64,000 nt of DNA from the human T2T-CHM13v2.0 reference genome, Homo sapiens: NCBI RefSeq assembly GCF_009914755.1, contig NC_060930.1; one strand, given 5' to 3'. The notes under the pieces are model-generated. The model was given only the letters and a program-made list of their open reading frames with translations. It was not told the DNA's origin and searched no databases. This document shows positions 40,639 through 64,000 of the stretch, piece by piece. The position numbers and the translations under genes were made by a program. The first letter of the stretch is position 1. The number at the start of each line of letters is the position of its first letter.

Positions 40639-43339
40639 GAGTATAGGCTGATGGATGCACTGAGATTCAAGGGAGATGGGAAGACCCTTAGGGACCTGAC
40701 AGCCCATCCCCTCTATTTTACCAGTGGAGAGACTGAGACCCAGAGGGCAGATGGCCCAAACAAGGTCACAAAGCAACTAAATGGCTCAGCTAGAGCTCAC
40801 ATCTCTAGGTAACCAGATGGATCCTCCCACTCCACTTTCAGGCTCAGATCTCTGTAGGCTCCACTGCTCTCTAATTGTGTGATCTTGAGCCTCTGTGTCT
40901 CAGTGTTCTCATCTGGAAAATGGGATGATGACAGTACATACCTTCTTCACAGGGTTGTTATGAAGATGAATTTGCTAAACACATGTAAAGTGCTTAGAAG
41001 GATGCTTAGTAAGTGCATATGCGTGCTGGTCATTGCTACTATTATTATTTTATTTGTATTAATTCAGGGGTATTTGAGGTGAGTGGACAAGAGGAGGACA
41101 GAGGGGCTTCCAAAGGCAGAGAAGTGGGTGGAGAATGATCTGGGGGGTAACAGCCTAGGGTCCTTAATCCTGAAGGCCAGGAGATTGAGTAGGGGGAGCA
41201 GAGGGCCAGCCACAGCCTGGGGGGTGAGCTCAGAGGCAGGACAGCCTTTCCCCTCTCTGCCCACCCCTCCAGCTCTGTTCCACACACCCCTCAGTCCAAT
41301 AGGGGGACAAAAATCCAGTCAACCATGCAGCCATGACTCCGGGACTGTGAATGTCTGAAGCCCTCCTTTCTTCCCTGTGGCTTCTCTTCCTGAAGCACCT
41401 GGGGCAGGGATCCCTTTCAGAGCCCTTTTCTTCTCTCCAGAGCCCAATTTGAGGTTTCCATTTTTCCCACCCTCAGTGCCCTCCCTCTGGCCTGCTCAGG
41501 GCAGGCTTCAGGCTTCCATGTTGGCCTGGAAACCCGGGAGATTGTCTCTACTGAAATTCCCAAGACAGCACGTTCTGCTTGGTGACGGTGTTACCAGCAA
41601 AACACACATACACACACTGACTCTGTGATACAAAGCTTGAGAAACGTTGGGTTGAACCAAATCATACTGGTCCCTTTGCTGTAGGACTTACCAGAGCCTT
41701 GAATACCCAAAAGGCCACTGAGACTCTCGAGAGGGACGCACAGCAGGCAGGTTCCCAAACTCCATGCCAGAGAGCCAGTATTCTGTGGAACACACCTTGG
41801 GAAAGAATCCACAAGATGCTACGGTGTTGGGCACAGCAAAGATGCTCTTGGTGTCCCGTCCCGCCCCCGGCAGTGGCTCTGTGCCTCAGTCCCCCTGCCA
41901 GGCAAGCACCCTCTCCTGACACTTTCCCACGGCCCCTGTGGTGAGGTGACATGAGCTGCTGGTTATGGGAACTTCCCTCCTTCCAAGCTGTGACCCCACC
42001 CTGTTCCCACTCAAAGCATATCAGAATGTAAGTCACAGGGGCATGTAATTATAGGGACAGCCGTGAATCAGCACCCATTTACTATAAAATCATAAGAAGT
42101 AAACAAGTCCCAAACTTTGGTATAATTAGTTCCAAATTTCTTGTGATGTTCAGGGTGGGAATGGCTGCCTGGAGGGCTAATCTGGGAACAAACTTGCCCA
42201 GAGAAGGGAGAAATCCCCTTTTGCTATGATCCTGGTCCCTGATGGCCACAGGGATTTATATGTGAAGAGGAACAAGAGGAAAACAGTGTTTCTTGGGCAC
42301 CTAAAATGCCGTGGGTCCTGGGCGCATGTCACATATGTCACATGCAACCTTATGTACTCGTCACTCTGGCCACACGATGACCCTGCAAGGATGGGGGTGG
42401 TGGTGACGACCCCATTGCACAGGGGATGCCAGACTCCTCCTCATGGCACAGTGACTCTGGTGCCCACAGATTACCCAGCCCCTCCTGATGGCTTGGCATC
42501 AGTACCCCATGGTTGTAGTATTTCCTCGCTCACTGCCCCAGAGCAGGGGCACCCCTGAGGGTGCAATTCTGTGTGTGCATCTCCAGCATGGTCTCCAATA
42601 CGTGAGTGGGGCCTGGCACTCATGTTTGGTAAATACTTGTTGAGAGATGAGTGAATGAGTGATCAAATGCAATAAAGCAATCCGTTTATTTTAGAGGAAA
42701 TTCTGATGATGTTACTCACTTCTCTCACCTCCTCAATGGCTTCCCGTTTCACTCAGTAAATGCCAAAGGCCTCATCATGGCCTATGCGGCCTGTGCATTC
42801 TGGCCTCTTCACCTCTCCGACCCCATCTCTAGCACTTTCCCTTCCTGCACTCAGCTCCAGCCACACTGGCCTCGCTCTCCTGCAAATGCACCAAGGAAGC
42901 TCCTACCACAGGGCCTTTGCGCCTGCTGGTCCCTCTACTTAGAGCTCCCTTCCCCAGATATCAGCGTGGCTCCCTGTCTTACTTCCTGGGGGCTCACCTC
43001 AACCATGACCTCCTCTGAGAGGCCCTCTCTGACCACCTCATCGAAAACATCACCCTCCTTCTCCCTCATGTGTCTTTAGAACTCTTGCTACCACCTGAAA
43101 TGATGTTACTAGCCTATTTGTTGATGTGTTTGCTGGGTCTCTCCCATATTATCTGTGTGTGTGTTGTAAGCCCTGTGCAGGGACAGGGTCTGTGCTTTGT
43201 TCATGGCTGCATCCTCAATGCCTAGCACAGAGCGTGGCACGTGGCCTTTGATTGTAAATCTCACTGAAGCAAACAATTGAAGGAAGCCACAGAGGAGAAC
43301 TGGACCCTGTCAAGCAGCAACGTCAGTGCTATTTTTCAG

Positions 43340-44854
43340 AGAAGAAAGAAAAACTTCGTGCTTTACTAAAAGAACCAAATTTACTTCAGTTTAAGGCAAA
43401 TTCCACACAGAGACTGTCTCAGAGACGGGCACAGAACCAGACACCGTAGAAACACCACCACCATGCATGACGGGGAAGCAGAGGCAGGCGGAAGACGGGG
43501 GCCTGGCCTGCACCAGGCACGGAGAGGTCAGTGGGCTGAGGAGCTCCATGCGGCAACAGGGATTGGCATGCATGATCTGCTCCCCGAGTGGGCAAAGGCT
43601 GGGCAGCTGGGTGGGCCCGGGAGGGAGATCCCCTTCTTCCCCACCTTTCCCACAGCAGGGGCAGGAGCTCGGGCTCAGATGCCAGAGCCCCAGGCTGAAG
43701 GACTAGGGTATGTTTGGGGTGATGGGATGAGACAGGGTGACCCAAAAGCCAAGGCGGCCTCAAGTAGGGTCACATCTGTTAGGAGTAGGATGGGGGGAGC
43801 TGGGCATGGGATGAATGACCCTCAGGATGTCAGACCTAAAGGAAAACCTGGGGCCATCTGGTCAACCCTCTTGTGGTACAGACATGGAAACTGAGGCCCA
43901 AAAGGTAGAAGGGCCTTGCTTGGGTTCCCACATTAGGCAGTGGGGGGAGGCAGGGCTCAAACCCAGGACTCCTGTCTCCTAGCCTCATGGGATACAGGGC
44001 AAAGAGCAGGAGCAGTGTGGGAACGTGGGGCTGAGCCACTCCTTACTCAGGCCTCCAGATGGGCAGAGGCGTGGGCACCGAGGGCCCTGGGAAGCCTCTG
44101 GAGGGAGGAAGGGATTCCTGAAGCCAGGAGTCAACCATGGAAGTACCTGTGGGCCCACACCAGGGAGAGGCCTCCACAGGCCATCTGTGTGTCTAGAACT
44201 TGCATCGTACTGAGTTCGAGAGGCACCAGAAAGGGCTCTGTGCTGAGCAGCCTCCACTTCAGGCCCATCACATGGCCTACGGTCCATGATTACAGCACCC
44301 CATGGGGTCCCCGGGGCTCCCAGCGCATCCAGTGTCCCTGGGAGGGTGCACATGTTCAGGCCTTCCTGCAAACCCATCAGCTTCATGGGGTTCACTGGAA
44401 ATCGGGCACAGGATAGACCACAGGGCGGGGCTCAGGGACAGGAGTAGACACCATGGGAGGATGGGACGGAGATGGGGGGCTGGAGGAGGCCAAGCCCAGG
44501 CTTCAGGGTGACAGGTAAGCAAATAGGATTGCCGGGGGTGGGCGACAGGGACCCCAATCACCCTTATTGTTTACACCTTCCTGGCTGGGTTAGAGCCAGG
44601 TATTGGGGAAGAAGAGAAGGGCTGGGTCCCTGTGTACCCCTCTTTCACCCGTACCCCCCTAACTCCCTGGGTTTGGGCAATAAGTGAGGCCAAGAAATTG
44701 AGGAGAGGTCTTCAGAAGCCCCACCCCCTGGCAGCCTCCCAGGCACACAGATGTCCCAAAGGCCGGGCAGGCCAACTTCGGGGAGTCTGGGGCCCTGGCC
44801 TCCCATTCACCTGGCCTCTCCCAGGCCCCAGCCACCTGCCTGCTGAGACCAGGT
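43340..44854 (-). other. CPNE5: CPNE5 3' UTR with variant poly(A) signal AGTAAA (43367-43362); end approximate
   Basis: tttact on + at 43362-43367, followed on - by U-rich sequence. Confidence 0.6.
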
Positions 44855-58885
<14,031 letters not shown>

Positions 58886-59505
58886 CTGCAGGAAAAACCA
58901 GTTACCAGGTAAGGCATGCTTCCAGGCAGTCAGGGTGAGTCTTGAGGGCTTCCAACCACCCATGGGTGTGGTCCAAGCCCAGCCCCATTAGAGTGTGGGG
59001 TGTGAAGACCACGGGGCCAGGGGAGAAGGGTTTAAGGAGGATTTGTGGGAGACTGGTATTGAGTCTGGGTTACACAACTGGGTTCTCCCATCAGACCCAG
59101 GGTCCCACGATCAACCGGGAATATTTATTTAACCTTCTCTCCCACTGTTCCCCGGAACACACGCACCCTCCACCCAGTATAGCCAAAGAAGTCTTGATGT
59201 TGCAAAGCGGCCCTATCTGTACCTGTCCCTTGTGTTGGTTGAGGCTGCTCCCCTCACCAAAAATGCACCCCCTTCCTCTCTCAGCCAATTCCAATCTCCC
59301 CTGTTCCTCCTTTGGGACCCAGCCCAAGGGCTGCCCAGGGCCTCTGAGGCTCCCCTCTCCATCACCATCCCTCTTACTTGGCAGCAAGAACCTCTTTAGC
59401 TATTCTTTGAGTGTAAGCTTTAACTTCCAAACCAGACCTGTGTCAGATAAATCATGGGGCTAGGCTCAGAGTAGGTGCTCAGAGAAGGCTTGTTGGTGGC
59501 TAACT

Positions 59506-59695
59506 CAGCGGTCTCAACCAGGGGCGATTTTACCCCCAGGAACGTTTGGTAACATCTGGAGACGGTTTTGGTTTCCACAACTGAGGGGGTGAGTAGAGGC
59601 CAGGCATGCTGCTAAACATCCTACAGTACACAAGACAGCCTCCCACGGCAGGGAGTGATGCAGTCCCAAATCCCAGTAGTGCCAAGGCCAAGACT
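59506..59695. mobile_element. MER20 hAT-Charlie DNA transposon
   Basis: ggtctcaaccaggggcgatttt...gctgctaaacatcctacag...agtagtgccaagg. Confidence 0.8.
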
Positions 59696-60875
59696 GGGCA
59701 AAGTGACGAGAGCCACCCAGCCCTGAGGCCCCCCACGAGACTTCCGCACTTACTGTATTTGTATTCTCATTTGACCCTCGCCAGTTTTTCTTTGTTTTGT
59801 TTTTAATAAGGGAAGTCTAGGCACAACTTTTCCCTAATGTCCCATCAAACAAAGCCAGGCAATTTTCATACCTCCTGTGCTGCCTGTTGGTTTCTGGTGA
59901 ACTCATTTCCCCTTTCCCTGTCTTTGTTCCCACAGAGGCCGTCAGCTGATCTTTACCGTGGTCTCTTCTGTCTGGGTGAGTATTGCTATCTACTTCCAGC
60001 AAGAAGGAAACTAAAGCACAGCGACACCAGGTGATTTGCCTAAAGTCACACAGCCATCTGGGTAGTGACAGGATTAGAAACCAGGTTTCCTGCCCCCGGG
60101 CCAGTGGTGCATACATTGGTGCCACCTTGATAACAGATACAAACAGATCTCTTTGACATACATTTATGGGGTGGGTGGAGACATACATTGCTTCTCCCCT
60201 GGAATCATCTATCACCTATGTTGGAGAGAGAAGATATGTCCTCAGGGCAAAAAGTGACAAGGGCCATGGAACACGGGGGATCACAGAAGTGTCAGGGGAG
60301 TTAGAGGAAGGAAAGACCACTCTAGGTGAGAGTGTCAGCAAAGCCTCTCTGGAGCAGGAAGTCTTGAAGGCAGACTTAGAGGCACAGGAAGGCTCTGGGC
60401 ACGGAGAGATGGATGTCAGAGGAGGTTCTGTGGGAGAAATGAATAGAACCCAGGCCCAGTTTGATGGCAGAACCACAGGGTGGAAGAGTAAGCTGGGCTG
60501 GTTGGAGGAGAGCCTAGAATGCCCAGTGAAAAATGTCTGAATGTCACCCAGCGGCCTGCAGGGAACTCTGATGACCCCCAAGCTGGTAGGAGACAAAATC
60601 AGAGCAGGCTCTAGGACACTGGGGCCTGGTGGAGGTGAGTGTGAGGGGAGGAGGAGGCTCATCCAGGAAATATTTGCCTAGTTCTGCCACCTAATAATAG
60701 CTGTGTGACCTTAGGCAGGTTACTTAACCTCAATGTGCCTCAGTCTCCTCATCTCTAAAATGGGAATAAGAAGTACCTGCCTCCCGGAAAGGTATGAGGA
60801 TTAAATGGGCCAATGCAAGCAAAGTGCCTAGAACAGTTTGGAATGTAGTAAGTATTATCTATACGTGTCTGTTGC

Positions 60876-61137
60876 TTTTTTCTAAGACGGGGTCTTGCTC
60901 TATGGCCCAGGCTGGAGTGCAGTGGTGGGGGTCATAGCTCACTGTGGCCTCAACCTCCCGGGCTCAAGCAATCCTTCCAGGTAGCTGCCACCATGTCTGG
61001 CTATTTTTTTTTTTTTGGTAGAGATAGGATCTCACTATGTTACTCTGGCTGGTCTCAAACTCTTGGGCTCAAGCAATCCTCCTGCCTCAGTCTCCCAGAG
61101 TGTTGGGATTACAGGCGTGAGCCACTGCACCCAGCCT
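60876..61137 (-). mobile_element. Alu (AluJ-like, internal deletion) inserted at the end of a MIR (about 60680-60870)
   Basis: Reverse Alu; MIR core tgtgaccttaggcaggttacttaacctc...cctcatctctaaaatggg. Confidence 0.85.
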
Positions 61138-61928
61138 TAGTTGCTATTTTTCAAAATTACTACTACTATTATTACTGCCACCATAAGTCCATGCGAGAGG
61201 TCATGAGGACTTGGGGGTATTGGGACAGGTGCTGAGCTATGGTGAGAACAGCGCTGTCAAGAAGTGACCACGCCTCTTGGGCCCTGGGCGTGGCTATAGA
61301 GGTTCGAGAGAGGGAGGGGTTGGGGTGACCAGGTAGACACAGAAGGAAGGCGCTGGATTTGGGGCACAGGTGGGAAGTTCACGTGGGAGGTCTGGCAAGC
61401 TGTGCAGGTAGAAACTGAGGGCCTGGGCGAGATGGTGAGAGAGCCCGGGAGAGAAGACCAGAGCACCCTCTTTAGCACTGGAGGACGCCCCCTCCACGGG
61501 GTTACCCAGATGGTGAGGTGCTCACGGACACATTCATGGGAAAACAGCTTAAGTAGGCAAGCTGTTAAGATGAGGGCAAAATGGCAGCCCCAGTGCTGCA
61601 CTGTGCCTCAGTTTCCCAATCTCTCCCTTGAGGGTGTTGAACTATCGGAATGGACAGCATCGCGAACTTTTGCTCCAACATAGCCCTCCCAGCTGGGGAG
61701 AATGAACCCGGAGTCCTGAGAGTAACCAAAGATTTGGCCACAAGCATGTTTCTTCTAAGCTTTCTATGTTATCTTTAAATTAGCCTGTATTCCACATTTC
61801 CACTCTCTAATATAACTGCTTTAATGTTAAAGCAATGTTCTGTTCTCAGATCCCTGTTTACCCTGAGGTTTCATGCTCCCAGCCTCAGCCTCTCCAGCCC
61901 CGCCACGGTGAATCCCATGCAGGGGGCC

Positions 61929-61946
61929 AGCGCCACCTAGGGGCCA
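61929..61946 (-). promoter_or_regulatory. Candidate CTCF site
   Basis: TGGCCCCTAGGTGGCGCT on -, one mismatch to the CCASYAGRKGGCRS core. Confidence 0.55.
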
Positions 61947-62512
61947 GCCGAGGAGCTGCCCCTCCACTAAGTCACCTCCCTTCTTCTTGGTGGTCAGGCG
62001 GGGACAGGACAGGTCTGGAATCTGCCCTCCTGCGCACATTAGGTGGGGTGGGTGGGGGCACTGAGGGGATCCTAGGGGCCAGGAGCTGTGCTGGCTCTGG
62101 GGATGCAGCAGTAAGTGCAACACAACCCCCACCCTGAGGACTTCAAGGTCTTTGAGGGCGTGAATAGTGTCACAAAACAGAAAATAGCCAGAAGGAACCC
62201 CAGGAGCACTGACAAGTGTCCACTCCAGGCTCTGGGGTGGGGCGGGTGTGCAGGTGGACACAACTTCCTGGAGGAGGAACACCCACAGGGAGGCTCCGTG
62301 GACCAATAGCTCCCACCCAGGAGAAGACAAGAGGGAGTCTCAGGTGGAGGCACCCATATGAATCGAGCCCTGGAGGCTGAGACAGCACGGAGGTTCAGAG
62401 AGCCTCAGGTGGCAGGACGGGGATGAATGTGGGAATGGGCAGAGGGAAGGGGCAGGGGCCAGCTCCTAGGGGCCTCCAAAGGCATGTGATGTGTGTTTTT
62501 ATTTACATGCAC

Positions 62513-62822
62513 AGCCAGGCGTGGTGGCTCACACCTGAAATCCCAGCACTTTGCAAGGCCGAGGCGGGTGCATCACCTGAGCTCAGGAGTTGGAGGCCAG
62601 ACTGGGCAACATGGCAAAAACCCATCTCTACCAAAAATGCAAAAAAAAAAAAAAATCGCCAGGGTGGTGGTGTGTGCCTGTGGTCCCAGCTACTTGGGAG
62701 ACTGAGGTGGGAGGATAGCTAGAGCCTGGAAGTAGAGGTGGAGGTTGCAGTAAGCCGAGATTGTGCCACTGCACTCCAGCCTGGGTGAGAATGAGACTCC
62801 ATCTTAAAAAAAAAAAAAAAAA
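62513..62822 (+). mobile_element. Alu (old, J/S)
   Basis: Alu dimer with poly-A tail. Confidence 0.88.
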
Positions 62823-64000
62823 GCACGCATACACAGATTGCGGGTGGCTGGCTGGGGAAACAGCATCCCAAATGAAAGAGCTTGGAACTTCACCCTGTAG
62901 GTCAGTGGATCTCAGCTGCGGTGGGAGCATCTTTCAGTATCTCTTCCCACCTCCCATGTGCGAACCAGGCTAAGGAGGTGGGTGGAATGCCCTACACAGA
63001 TTTTAAGCAGGGGAGCGATGTGATCAGATCACTATTTTGGTGGAGTACGCTGGTTACTGTGTAGAGGACAGAAGGAAGAAAGGAGGCTGTGGCAAAGCCC
63101 CATAAGGGGGGAGATGATGAAGTTGGTGGTGGTGGCCTGAGATGAGGGGAACGATGTCAGAAAACATGGGTGGTAGGCGAGCAGTGTTTGCTCGTGGACT
63201 GGATATGGAATGAGGGATGGGGATGTTAAGTATGACCCCTAAGGTGCCCTGAGCCCCCATGATGGGAATATTTGAGATGAAGCCGGCTCGCCAGGAGGAC
63301 GGGAGTGCTGTGGGAGGTTTAGCTAATGTGTTCAGTTTTGGAAGGCTGAGCTACAGGAAGGGCCAGCAGACAGCTGGACATAGGAGCCTGACACTAGGGC
63401 AATGCCAGGGCCCGAGGCACAGGTCTTTACTGGCTGGAGCCTGTTCCCTTTTCAGGCAGTTCTGATTCTAGCAAGGCCTTCCTGCCCCAAACCAGCCTCC
63501 CCCTGGGACTGCCAGAGCTGTGCTCCTTTTTCAGCTGATGGCCTTCCGATGTGTGCAGACAGTGCTTCTGCCTCCCAGTGTGGCACTTTCTCTTGTTGAT
63601 TACAAAGAAGCAGGGATCAACAACTGAGAAAACAAGTCAATTGAATGCTTTCTGCTCTTAGCCCGAGAGAAACAGCTCCTTCTGGGCCTGTCAAGCACCT
63701 TTAGAAGCCAAGCTCGGAGAGATCTGACCCCTTCCCTTCACCTCCCTAAATCTCCTCAAAGGAGGCCAGAGAACGGTGGCATCTGCTTCTCTCTGACTGG
63801 GGTGGGGCGGGGGAGCGGGGACAAAGACAGCTTCTCTCTTTGCAGATGCAGAAAACAAAGCAATGTACTGTATTAGAGCCCTTTCAAATAAATTCATCCA
63901 CACTCCATCTTCACAATAGCCATGTTCAATCTCATTCAGCATGCGAATGTATAACACACCTACTGTGTGCCCGGCAGTGCCCTGGCCAGTGAGGGGAGGC

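Noticed and set aside
58886-64000. Further upstream CPNE5 C2B exon
   Set aside because: No matching coding segment found; it presumably lies beyond the window

Overview
Primate (very likely human, 6p21.2) genomic DNA, not prokaryotic. It holds three loci. (1) The complete RAB44 gene on + (probable non-coding exon 1 ending at 545; 13 coding exons from 6853 to 34717, splicing to 3084 nt = 1027 aa). The protein has an EF-hand region, a coiled coil, a long Pro-rich linker, a Rab GTPase domain and a C-terminal CCS prenylation motif. (2) The intronless GALR1-like class A GPCR pseudogene GPR166P on + (39592-40638), broken by one in-frame TAA. (3) The last nine coding exons and 3' UTR of CPNE5 (copine-5) on -, converging on the other two. 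The rest is about 30 Alu elements plus L1, L2/MIR, MaLR LTR, DNA-transposon relics and microsatellites. Main observations: a splice acceptor 1 nt before the GPR166P ATG is in frame with the RAB44 exon-13 donor (possible RAB44-GPR166P read-through fusion); an 18-bp in-frame tandem duplication (AASPEE x2) in RAB44; a GC-AG intron in RAB44; a candidate C2-less, vWA-only CPNE5 isoform; and fold-back templated insertions in two Alus. Gene identities come from my recognition of the translated sequence, and repeat boundaries and subfamilies were judged by eye.
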